Shown: in pieces, positions 31,964-40,608 of the stretch
Layout of the letters: the number at the start of each line of letters is the position of its first letter
Position numbering within the stretch: position 1 is the stretch's first letter
IMG/VR virus record: IMGVR_UViG_3300045988_061855
Reading direction: 5' to 3' (one strand)
Length of the DNA stretch: 64,000 bases
From: a virus
Translations under genes and position numbers: made by a program
The notes under the pieces: generated by a model
The model's input: the letters and a program-made list of their open reading frames with translations, nothing else
What the model was told of the DNA's origin: nothing
The model's database searches: none

Positions 31964-31998
31964 CGAGCGTAAAAAACATGCCCTTTTATAGGAGAGAT
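31964..31998 (+). promoter_or_regulatory. conserved early-region element, copy O (last copy)
   Basis: cgagcgtaaaaaacatgcccttttataggagagat. Confidence 0.5.
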
Positions 31999-32032
31999 AA
32001 CTAAAAACGCGCTATTTATATTTTTTGGAACG

Positions 32033-32070
32033 TACTCAGGTGACCTTCGGGCCCTGGGTCTTTTTATTTT
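32033..32070 (+). terminator. strong hairpin with UUCG loop plus T-run, between element O and the nuclease/RNAP genes
   Basis: ACTCAGG-tGaCC-ttcg-GGgC-CCTGGGT followed by CTTTTTATTTTT. Confidence 0.6.
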
Positions 32071-32100
32071 TGTGACTAAATAATTGAGAGGAGAATAGTT

Positions 32101-32394
32101 ATGAAAAAAGAAAGTGAATTCCAGGCAAGTCTTAAGAAAGAATTAAAAAAGATGTTTCCTGGATGTATTGTGACCAAATTGGATGCTGGTTGCATTCAAG
32201 GAATACCAGACCTACTTATTCTGTATGGAAAGCATTGGGCTACACTTGAAAATAAGAGAAGTGCTAATGCAAAGAAAAGACCTAATCAGGATTTTTATGT
32301 CAATAAGATGAATGATATGTCGTTTTCCAGATTTATATATCCAGAGAATAAGGAGGAAGTATTGAATGAACTTCGTAAAGCATTTGAATCTTGA
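32101..32394 (+). CDS. VRR-NUC / PD-(D/E)XK nuclease (Holliday-junction-resolvase-like)
   Basis: 97 aa. EFQ...GIPDLLILYGKHWATLENKRS fits the E...PD...ExK motif. Confidence 0.65.
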   Translation: MKKESEFQASLKKELKKMFPGCIVTKLDAGCIQGIPDLLILYGKHWATLENKRSANAKKRPNQDFYVNKMNDMSFSRFIYPENKEEVLNELRKAFES

Positions 32395-32920
32395 AGGATT
32401 GCATGCACCATTTAGTGCAAGTCAATCGGCATGGCTGCGATATTCTGATGATAAAGCAATTGCTGTTTATAGAAAAAAGAAAGCAGCAGAGATGGGAACC
32501 AGACTTCATGCATGGGCTAAAGACACAATTGATCTAGGTATCAAGCAGGCAAGGAGCAATAAAACACTATGTGCATATGTCAATGATGCAATTGGTTTTA
32601 GAATGGACACTGAAGTAGTTTTATATTATTCAGATTATTTCTTTGGAACAGCAGATGCTATATCTTTTAATAAAAATGTATTGAGAATACATGATTTAAA
32701 AACTGGCGATTCAGGACATATGGAACAGCTTATGGTTTATGCTGCGTTGTTCTGTTTGGAATACAGAGTGAAGCCTGGTGATATTAGGATAGAGCTTCGT
32801 CTTTATAAAAATGATGAGGTCGAAGTATTTAATCCTACAGCAGAAGATATTTTACCAATCATGGATAAGATTGTTAGTCTTAATAAAATTATGGAAGAAA
32901 TTGACGAGGGGGTAAGATAA
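32366..32920 (+). CDS. PD-(D/E)XK (RecB/Cas4-like) exonuclease
   Basis: 184 aa with an AAGGAGG RBS. Contains GTRLHAW..., FGTADAI and LRIHDLKTG...QLMVYA. Confidence 0.65.
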   Translation: MNFVKHLNLEGLHAPFSASQSAWLRYSDDKAIAVYRKKKAAEMGTRLHAWAKDTIDLGIKQARSNKTLCAYVNDAIGFRMDTEVVLYYSDYFFGTADAISFNKNVLRIHDLKTGDSGHMEQLMVYAALFCLEYRVKPGDIRIELRLYKNDEVEVFNPTAEDILPIMDKIVSLNKIMEEIDEGVR

Positions 32921-32921
32921 T

Positions 32922-35813
32922 ATGAATTCAGTAGCAGAAGAGATTCTTTCCTATATTGGAAGTCAAGCATTCAGCGAAGAAGAATTTCTTGCTCATTATG
33001 GAATGCCTCGTCGAAGTGGAAGATATCCATGGGGCTCGGGAGAGGAGCCATTTCAACATAGTGGAGATTTCTTATCAAGAGTTGAAGAGATGAGAAAATC
33101 TAAGTTTACTTATACTGATGAAGATGGCGTAAAATGGACTGGTGACAATGCAATAGCTAAATCTCTTGGGTACACTTCAAGTGATTTTAGAACTGTATGT
33201 GCCATCGCTAATAATGAGCGTAGGGCTGTAAAAGTTGCCGCCGCTAAAGCATTAAAAGAAAAAGGATTTAATGCAACTGAAATTGGTAGGCAGATGGGAA
33301 TTAACGAATCGTCTGTTAGGTCTTTACTCGATGAAAAAGCAGAAGAGAGAATGAACCAGGCTAGAGCAACTGCTGATTTTTTAAAGGAACAAGTTGATAA
33401 AAAGAAAATGATAGATGTTGGTTCAAAAGCCAACCTTGAATTAAATGTTTCTAAAGAGAAAATGGATCAGGCTCTTTATATGTTGCAGGCAGAAGGTGGT
33501 TATGAAATCTGGGGAAATAGATTTCCACAGGCAACTAATAAAGGACAGTTGACAACTCAGAAGGTTCTGTGTGTTCCTGGAACACCACACAGTGCCATAT
33601 ATGATTTTGGTAAGGTTCAGACTATTGGCGATTATATTACTAGAGACGATGGAAAAACATTTGAAAAGAAGTTTCATTATCCTGAGAGTTTGAACTCTAA
33701 GCGTCTTGAAATCTGTTATGCAGAAGATGGGGGTATAAAGAAAGATGGTCTTATTGAACTTAGAAGGAATGTCCCAGATCTTTCATTAGGAGAGTCTCGA
33801 TATTCTCAGGTTCGTATTATGGTGGATGGTAAGAAATACATAAAAGGAATGGCAGTATATGCTGATGATTTACCAGAAGGCATAGACGTTAGATTTAACA
33901 CCAATAAATCAAATAAATTATCTAAGCTGGAATGTCTCAAGGATGTTAAGAGCGACCCAGACAATCCTTTTGGAGCCCTCATCAAAGAAGAAGGCGGACA
34001 GTATTGGTATACAGATTCAAAGGGTAAAAAGAAGCTTGGATTAATTAATAAAACAAGAGAAGAAGGAGAATGGGAAGAATGGAAAGATTCTTTACCATCT
34101 CAGTTCTTGTCAAAACAGAATAAGGTATTAGCTGAGAAACAGCTAGGAATTGCCAAGGCAGATAAGCAGTCTGAGTTTGATGACATAATGGCATTGAACA
34201 ATCCTACTATTAAAAAATATTATCTTGATAAATTTGCATCATCATGCGACTCAGCAGCAGTGCATTTACAGGCAGCTGCGTTGCCAGGTCAGAAGTATCA
34301 CGTAATATTACCATTAACTACAATGAGTGATAGAGAAGCTTATGCTCCTGATTATGCTGATGGAACTAAACTTGCATTGGTAAGATTCCCACATGGTGGA
34401 ACATTTGAAATACCTATAGTTACTGTTAATAATAGAAATAAAGAAGCTATTAAGATGATTGGTAAGTCTTCAACAGATGCCATAGGTATTAACGCTAATG
34501 TCGCAGGAAGATTATCGGGTGCAGATTTTGATGGCGATACTGTTATGTGTATTCCAACCCATGATAGGGGCGGAAAAGTAAAAATTACATCTACTCCAGA
34601 ATTAAAAGACTTAGAGGGATTTGATCCTAAGCTTAATTATGGTGGCGAATGTAGAAAAGATAGTGATGGTAAAGAACATTATTATCGTAATGGTAGAGAG
34701 TATCGCCTGATGACAAAGACCGATACTGAGATGGGAAAAATTTCTAATCTTATTACTGATATGACCCTGATAGGTGCAACTGAAGATGAGCTTGCAAGAG
34801 CAGTAAAACATTCAATGGTTGTTATCGATGCAGAGAAACATCATCTGGATTATAAGCAGAGTGAGCTTGATAATAACATTGTTGCACTTAAGAAGAAGTA
34901 TCAGGGGAAAGCTCAAGGCGGAGCAGCTACAATTATCTCACAATCAAAAGGTGAGTATGATGTAGATAAAAGACAGGGTACTCCTCGTACTAATCTTAAG
35001 CGTAACGAGTATAAGAATAATCCAGAAAAGGGAGACATTTGGTATGACCCAAGTCGACCTGAAGGTGCCCTTCTCTACAAGAAAGCTGACGATGCTGACT
35101 ATCAGATAACCAAGGTTGATAAGAGAACTGGTGAGGTAACCACTATTACTAAAACCCGCCAACAGAAGAGTACTAAGATGGCCGAGACAGATGATGCCAA
35201 TACACTGGTATCTACTCATCGCCATCCTATGGAATTAGTGTATGCTGATTATGCTAATGCAATGAAAGATATGGCTAACAAGGCTAGAATTGCTATAGCA
35301 GATGCAGGTAAGGTTGCATACAGTAGGGAGGCTAAGAGTAAGTATGAGGTGGAGGTAAAATCTCTTTTAGAAAAACTTAATAATGCTGAAAAGAATGCCG
35401 TTAGAGAGAGAGCCGCACAGAGAATTGCTAATGCCAACATAAATGAGAAATTAGAAGCTAATCCTGACATGAAAGCTAAAGATAAAAAGAAAGTTTCTCA
35501 GCAGGCTTTAAGTAAGGCAAGACTTGAAGTTGGTTCTGTTAAGAGACGAGATAGAAACATAGTAATCACTGATAATGAATGGGAAGCTATTCAGGCAGGT
35601 GCTGTGAGTGAAACGATTCTTAAACGAATACTGAATAATTCAGACCCAGATTCGTTGAGAGCAAAGGCAATGCCTAAAGAATCATCAGCATTATCAGATG
35701 CTAAGATAGCCAGAATTAAAGCTATGTCTGCTTCATACACAATTGCACAGATAGCTGATAAACTTGGCTATTCAACATCAACAATTTCTAAAGCTTTGAA
35801 AGGAGGAAATTAA
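32922..35813 (+). CDS. single-subunit two-barrel (double-psi beta-barrel) RNA polymerase, YonO/beta-prime-like
   Basis: LVRFPHGG at aa 486-493 and SGADFDGDTVMCIP at aa 532-545 (nt 34521..34538 encode ADFDGD) match the beta-prime pattern RxPxxH...NADFDGDQMAVH. GKKYIKGMAVYADDLPEG at aa 303-320 resembles the beta-subunit motif GDKxxxRHGNKGV...EDMP. HTH-like segments occur at aa ~116-136 and ~936-958. The N-terminal HYGMPRRSGRYPWGSGE is a WG motif. Confidence 0.75.
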   Translation: MNSVAEEILSYIGSQAFSEEEFLAHYGMPRRSGRYPWGSGEEPFQHSGDFLSRVEEMRKSKFTYTDEDGVKWTGDNAIAKSLGYTSSDFRTVCAIANNERRAVKVAAAKALKEKGFNATEIGRQMGINESSVRSLLDEKAEERMNQARATADFLKEQVDKKKMIDVGSKANLELNVSKEKMDQALYMLQAEGGYEIWGNRFPQATNKGQLTTQKVLCVPGTPHSAIYDFGKVQTIGDYITRDDGKTFEKKFHYPESLNSKRLEICYAEDGGIKKDGLIELRRNVPDLSLGESRYSQVRIMVDGKKYIKGMAVYADDLPEGIDVRFNTNKSNKLSKLECLKDVKSDPDNPFGALIKEEGGQYWYTDSKGKKKLGLINKTREEGEWEEWKDSLPSQFLSKQNKVLAEKQLGIAKADKQSEFDDIMALNNPTIKKYYLDKFASSCDSAAVHLQAAALPGQKYHVILPLTTMSDREAYAPDYADGTKLALVRFPHGGTFEIPIVTVNNRNKEAIKMIGKSSTDAIGINANVAGRLSGADFDGDTVMCIPTHDRGGKVKITSTPELKDLEGFDPKLNYGGECRKDSDGKEHYYRNGREYRLMTKTDTEMGKISNLITDMTLIGATEDELARAVKHSMVVIDAEKHHLDYKQSELDNNIVALKKKYQGKAQGGAATIISQSKGEYDVDKRQGTPRTNLKRNEYKNNPEKGDIWYDPSRPEGALLYKKADDADYQITKVDKRTGEVTTITKTRQQKSTKMAETDDANTLVSTHRHPMELVYADYANAMKDMANKARIAIADAGKVAYSREAKSKYEVEVKSLLEKLNNAEKNAVRERAAQRIANANINEKLEANPDMKAKDKKKVSQQALSKARLEVGSVKRRDRNIVITDNEWEAIQAGAVSETILKRILNNSDPDSLRAKAMPKESSALSDAKIARIKAMSASYTIAQIADKLGYSTSTISKALKGGN

Positions 35814-35815
35814 GC

Positions 35816-36088
35816 ATGACTAAAGTATCTAATGATTGTAGATTGACTACATTTGACAATCCTTACAATCCATTTACACAGTTTGCTGAATGGTTGTTGT
35901 TTGACAATTCAAAAGATTACTTTACATTAAACAAACTTGCTAGAATTGAACAAGTTGATGAAAGTATGTCTGAGAATGAAATAAACATTGAACATGAAAG
36001 AGCAATTGATGAAATTATACAGAACGATTTCCTCAACATCTATAAAAAAGTGTACAGAAATGAAGAAATAAATGAACAGATCGCATGA
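35816..36088 (+). CDS. hypothetical protein
   Basis: 90 aa with a GGAGGA RBS. Confidence 0.7.
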   Translation: MTKVSNDCRLTTFDNPYNPFTQFAEWLLFDNSKDYFTLNKLARIEQVDESMSENEINIEHERAIDEIIQNDFLNIYKKVYRNEEINEQIA

Positions 36089-36393
36089 TATATGTGTAAA
36101 AGCATAGAGGGGGGTCTAAAAAATTAACACCCCCTCCCATCATCGCGCCGGTCTTTATATTTTCCCCGGAGGGAATTTTCGAAAAAGCAAATCCATTTTT
36201 TAGACAGCATTTAAACGAACCTATAATATTTAAAGCACTTAGTACAAGTTGTAAGTCACCTCTCGATTATATTTTATTGCGCCATGATGTAAATTCTCCT
36301 TTCTTTGGGTATTATAGGTTCTTTTAAGTGCTGTCTTATTCTTTATAAAGACTACAAAACTAACAGAGAAATACAAGAAAGGAGGCGGTAAGG
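36089..36393 (+). other. 305-nt non-coding region ahead of the packaging genes; candidate cos/pac site and/or late promoter
   Basis: This is one of the two longest ORF-free gaps, similar in length to the operator region at 30923..31260. It contains G/C-rich hairpins GAGGGGGGT...ACCCCCTC (36107-36137) and TTCCC-cgga-GGGAA (36161-36174), and an AGCACTTA/TAAGTGCT inverted repeat (36233/36325). Confidence 0.35.
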
Positions 36394-36717
36394 ATGCCTA
36401 AAGTCAAGAATTCTGGTACTCAAAGAAGAATGCGTCCGGCATTAACACCAGAAGCACGAGAAAATCAGCTCATTTCTTTAGCTGTAGACCTTGCCGAAAA
36501 GCAGTTAAGAGAGGGAACAGCTTCATCTCAGGTAATTACGCATTATTTGAAAATGGGTTCACCAAGTGAACGGCTCAAAAGAGAACAGATGGAAGAAGAG
36601 AACGAGTTGCTCAAAGCAAAAACTAAAGCTATCAGAGAGTCAGGAGACATGTCTGTAATGTATGAAAAAGCTATAAAGGCAATGCAGTCGTATTCTGGAA
36701 AGGATGAAGATGAGTAG
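36394..36717 (+). CDS. hypothetical protein; possible small terminase/packaging accessory protein
   Basis: 107 aa with a GGAGGCGG RBS. The assignment rests only on its position as first gene of the packaging block. Confidence 0.35.
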   Translation: MPKVKNSGTQRRMRPALTPEARENQLISLAVDLAEKQLREGTASSQVITHYLKMGSPSERLKREQMEEENELLKAKTKAIRESGDMSVMYEKAIKAMQSYSGKDEDE

Positions 36718-37129
36718 GATTCTTTCATATTCAGAGTTAATTACTATTCCATCTTTTGAGGAGCGATTTGAGTATCTCAATCTTAATGGTAGAGTTGGAG
36801 ATGCAACATTTGGGTGTGATAGATATTTGAATCAGGCATTTTATAAGTCTAAAGGGTGGTTGCGTGTAAGAGATGATATAATTATACGAGATAACGGATG
36901 CGATTTAGCGTTTCCTGGTAGAGATATTGATGGACAGATATTGATTCATCATCTTAATCCAATAACAAAATATGATGTGATTAATCATACCAGAAAATTG
37001 TTAGACCCAGAAAATCTTGTATGTACAATTAAACAGACTCATGATGCGATTCACTATGGTGATGAGCGGTTACTTATAAAAAATCCGATAGAACGAAAAA
37101 TAAATGACACATGTCCTTGGAAACATTAA
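36704..37129 (+). CDS. HNH endonuclease (terminase-associated type)
   Basis: Contains WLRVRDDIIIRDNGCDLAFPG...ILIHHLNPIT...NLVCTIKQTHDAIHYG. Confidence 0.75.
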   Translation: MKMSRILSYSELITIPSFEERFEYLNLNGRVGDATFGCDRYLNQAFYKSKGWLRVRDDIIIRDNGCDLAFPGRDIDGQILIHHLNPITKYDVINHTRKLLDPENLVCTIKQTHDAIHYGDERLLIKNPIERKINDTCPWKH

Positions 37130-37139
37130 CGGAGGAGAT

Positions 37140-37481
37140 ATGACAGATAGTATATTAAACTCAATCAAAGGATCGCTATATATAGATGAATCTGAAAAAG
37201 GATTTGATAGCGACATAATTATGCATATCAATTCTGTATTTATGGTGCTTAATCAGCTTGGTGTCGGTCCAGATGAAGGATTCACAATAAGCGATGATTC
37301 GGCAACATGGTCAGATTTTCTTGGCGAAGATAAATCATTAGAAGGTGTAAAGACCTATGTTTATATGAAGGTTAGAATGATTTTTGACCCGCCGACTAGC
37401 AGCTCAGTAATGGATTCTATGAAGCGGTCAATTGATGAACTTGAATGGCGATTGAATATCGCCGTATCAAATAAAAAGTAG
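37140..37481 (+). CDS. hypothetical structural-module protein (possible gp6-like head-tail connector)
   Basis: ATG at 37140 follows GGAGGAG; 113 aa. The assignment is weak. Confidence 0.4.
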   Translation: MTDSILNSIKGSLYIDESEKGFDSDIIMHINSVFMVLNQLGVGPDEGFTISDDSATWSDFLGEDKSLEGVKTYVYMKVRMIFDPPTSSSVMDSMKRSIDELEWRLNIAVSNKK

Positions 37482-37490
37482 AGGGCAATT

Positions 37491-38024
37491 ATGGAACAGA
37501 ATGAATTAATGCATTACGGAGTTATGGGAATGAAATGGGGTATTAGAAGAGCCGCTTCCAAGAGTTCCCAAAACAATAAATTAGAATTGAAAGCCTTGAA
37601 ATATGATAAGAAAGCAGCAATCCAATCAAAAAAATCAGAAAATGCACATTCTAAGAATGATCTTGGTACAGCGAATAAGAAGGCTAAAAAAGCAAACGAA
37701 TATTTGAAGAAAGCTGCTAAATTACAGACTAAAGCATTAAAAACAGACAATGACATAAAGCGAAGTAATTTAGAGAAAAAAGCGGAAACCCTAAAGTATA
37801 AATCAGCAAAAAAAAACATAGACGCAGACAGGATTTCAAAACTAACTGGATATGGTTATAAGGCTATGCAGTATTCTGTTAAATCAGATAAATTTAAAAA
37901 GAAAGCAGCAAAAGCACGAATGATGATTTCCAGTAATAACAGATACATTACAATGATGAATCATCGTGTTAGTACGTTGCCAAAAGATAAACAGGAATTA
38001 GCGATGAAGTACCTGGGTAAATAG
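37491..38024 (+). CDS. Lys-rich basic protein with N-terminal HYGVxGMKWG motif
   Basis: MEQNELMHYGVMGMKWGIRRAAS, followed by a K/A-rich helical body. Confidence 0.7.
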   Translation: MEQNELMHYGVMGMKWGIRRAASKSSQNNKLELKALKYDKKAAIQSKKSENAHSKNDLGTANKKAKKANEYLKKAAKLQTKALKTDNDIKRSNLEKKAETLKYKSAKKNIDADRISKLTGYGYKAMQYSVKSDKFKKKAAKARMMISSNNRYITMMNHRVSTLPKDKQELAMKYLGK

Positions 38025-38034
38025 GAGGCTCAAA

Positions 38035-38823
38035 ATGGAAAACGAATTATACCATCATGGCGTCCTAGGTCAGAAATGGGGCGTAAGAAGATACCAGAAT
38101 AAAGATGGAAGTCTTACTATGGCTGGAAAGAAGCGTGCATTGCGAATCCAGAACGACTATACAGAACTTACTAATAATAAGAAGTATAGAGACCGTAATG
38201 GTAATATGACATATGCTGGTCGTAAAAAGGCTCTTGCTTTACAGAATGAATATACAAATGTTACTGGTAAAAAACACCTTATAGCATTTAATAACAAGAC
38301 TGGTGCAGGCAAGCAGACTCATCAGAAGAGCGTTAGTGAGATGAGTAATCAGGAATTGCAGGCAAAGGTTGATAGACTTCGATTAGAGAAGCAATTAAAA
38401 GACCTTACGCCAGAACATAAAACAGCTGGTCAGAAATTTGTCGACTTTGTCAAGGATACATCAATGTCCATAATTAAGGATAAGGGAACTAGAATACTTG
38501 GTGATTATGTCGATAAGCAGGTTCGAGATGCTATAGGACTTAATAAGAAAGACCCATTAACCAAGTCTCAGAAACTTGCTCAGGATGCCAAAGATGCGGC
38601 AAACAAGAAAGTAATTGCTCAGGTTGAAGATTACTTTAAAGAGCGAGATAAAGGCAAGAATACAGCAACTGAGACTAAGAAAGATTCTGGATATACTATG
38701 ACAGAAGCTCAGAAGAAAGAACATGATGCATTATTTGGTAATCATGAAACAAAAACTGAATCAGATGCTGAAAAGCGCAAAAGAGAACATGACCGATTGT
38801 TCTCAGGAAGATATGTAGATTAA
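38035..38823 (+). CDS. basic protein with N-terminal HHGVLGQKWG motif and an internal tandem repeat
   Basis: MENELYHHGVLGQKWGVRRYQNKDGSLTMAGKKRALRIQNDYTELT, then a repeat DRNGNMTYAGRKKALALQNEYTNVT. Confidence 0.7.
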   Translation: MENELYHHGVLGQKWGVRRYQNKDGSLTMAGKKRALRIQNDYTELTNNKKYRDRNGNMTYAGRKKALALQNEYTNVTGKKHLIAFNNKTGAGKQTHQKSVSEMSNQELQAKVDRLRLEKQLKDLTPEHKTAGQKFVDFVKDTSMSIIKDKGTRILGDYVDKQVRDAIGLNKKDPLTKSQKLAQDAKDAANKKVIAQVEDYFKERDKGKNTATETKKDSGYTMTEAQKKEHDALFGNHETKTESDAEKRKREHDRLFSGRYVD

Positions 38824-38832
38824 GGAGAATAT

Positions 38833-40596
38833 ATGGCGTTATCGAATACAGCCACACCGATTTATTATGGCAGGTTTCGAGATGCCGTAATTAGAGGCGA
38901 AATACCAGTATGCGAGGAAATTTCTATGGAGATGAATCGTATAGATGCTCTTATAGCAAATCCTGGTGTATGGTATGACGATAAAGCGGTAAATGGCTTT
39001 ATAAAATATTGTGAGAGTGAACTTACATTAACCAATGGCGATGATTTATTTCTTCTCGATTCATTTAAGCTGTGGGCTGAGGAAATTTTTGGTTGGTATT
39101 ATTATATAGAACGAAGTATTTATGTACCAGACAAAGATAATCATGGCGGACATTACGAGAAGAAAATCATAAGAAAAAGGCTCATAAATAAGCAGTATTT
39201 AATCGTTGCCAGAGGTGCAGCTAAGTCAATGTATGCGTCGTGCATACAAAATTATTTCTTGAATGTAGATACATCTACATCTCATCAGATAACAACAGCC
39301 CCAACAATGGCTCAGGCAGAAGAGGTTATGTCACCTTTTAGAACAGCCATAACAAGAGCCAGAGGTCCATTATATCAATTCTTAACAGAAGGCTCATTGC
39401 AGAACACGACAGGCTCAAAGGCTAATCGTGTAAAGTTGGCAAGTACCAAGAAAGGAATACAGAATTTCCTCACAGGTTCGTTATTAGAAGTAAGACCTAT
39501 GTCAATAGATAAATTGCAGGGATTACGAGTTAAAGTAGCTACCGTCGATGAATGGCTCTCCGGCGATGTTAGAGAAGATGTTGTTGAGACACTTGAACAG
39601 GGAGCTGCAAAGGAACAGGGTGGCGGACAGAATGACGATTATTTGATAGTCGCCATTAGTTCTGAAGGTACTGTTCGTAATGGTTCTGGCGATACAATCA
39701 AAATGGAGCTAATGAAAATCCTTAAGGGAGAACATAATGCTCCTCATACATCTATTTTCTGGTACAAGCTCGACAGCATTGATGAAGTAGGTGACCCGTC
39801 TAAGTGGCCCAAAGCCAATCCTAATCTGGATAAGACTGTCACATATGAGACATATCAAGAAGCGGTCGAAACAGCTGAAAAAAATCCTGCTAAGAGAAAC
39901 GATATACTTGCAAAGCGATTCGGACTTCCGATGGAAGGTTATACATATTACTTTACATATGAAGAAACTCTTCCACATAGAAAGAAAGAATTTTGGCAGA
40001 TGCCTTGTGCGTTGGGAGCAGACCTTTCTCAAGGCGACGATTTCTGTGCTTTTACATTTCTATTTCCGTTATCCAGCGGTTCATTCGGAGTTAAAACCCG
40101 TAACTATATAACAGAATTAACATTAAAAAAACTACCTTTGGCTCTTAGGAATAAATATGAAGAGTTCATTAATGAAGGTAGTCTTATTGTTATGCCTGGA
40201 AATATCTTAGACATGATGCAGGTTTATGATGATTTGGATGAATTCATAATTCGAACCGCTTATGACGTAAGATGCTTCGGTTATGACCCATATAATGCTA
40301 AAGAGTTTGTGGAACGATGGGAACGAGAAAATGGAGCATACGGAATAGAAAAAGTTATACAGGGGGCTAAGACTGAATCTGTACCGTTAGGAGAGTTAAA
40401 GAAATTAGCTGAAGAAAGAATGTTGTTGTTCGACGAGGGGTTGATGACATTCACAATGGGAAATTGTATCACCATCGAAGATACCAATGGTAATCGTAAA
40501 TTATATAAAAACAGATATGATGCCAAGATTGACGCTGTGGCTGCAATGATGGATGCATTTGTAGCATATAAGCACAATCGTGAGGCTTTTGAGTAG
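38833..40596 (+). CDS. terL: terminase large subunit
   Basis: 587 aa. It has a Walker A-like VARGAAKS and a Walker B-like VATVDEW. The C-terminal nuclease region contains GADLSQGDDFCAF. The position upstream of the portal fits. Confidence 0.85.
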   Translation: MALSNTATPIYYGRFRDAVIRGEIPVCEEISMEMNRIDALIANPGVWYDDKAVNGFIKYCESELTLTNGDDLFLLDSFKLWAEEIFGWYYYIERSIYVPDKDNHGGHYEKKIIRKRLINKQYLIVARGAAKSMYASCIQNYFLNVDTSTSHQITTAPTMAQAEEVMSPFRTAITRARGPLYQFLTEGSLQNTTGSKANRVKLASTKKGIQNFLTGSLLEVRPMSIDKLQGLRVKVATVDEWLSGDVREDVVETLEQGAAKEQGGGQNDDYLIVAISSEGTVRNGSGDTIKMELMKILKGEHNAPHTSIFWYKLDSIDEVGDPSKWPKANPNLDKTVTYETYQEAVETAEKNPAKRNDILAKRFGLPMEGYTYYFTYEETLPHRKKEFWQMPCALGADLSQGDDFCAFTFLFPLSSGSFGVKTRNYITELTLKKLPLALRNKYEEFINEGSLIVMPGNILDMMQVYDDLDEFIIRTAYDVRCFGYDPYNAKEFVERWERENGAYGIEKVIQGAKTESVPLGELKKLAEERMLLFDEGLMTFTMGNCITIEDTNGNRKLYKNRYDAKIDAVAAMMDAFVAYKHNREAFE

Positions 40597-40608
40597 GAGA
40601 CAAATTAA

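Noticed and set aside
1436-31998. Reading the conserved element as ordinary host sigma-A promoters
   Set aside because: The best -35/-10-like hexamers are poor (TTCGyn, TTTAAT/TTTATG) and only 14-16 nt apart. The strongest conservation falls in the would-be spacer and downstream GAGA. This is not excluded experimentally, so it is kept as the alternative hypothesis.
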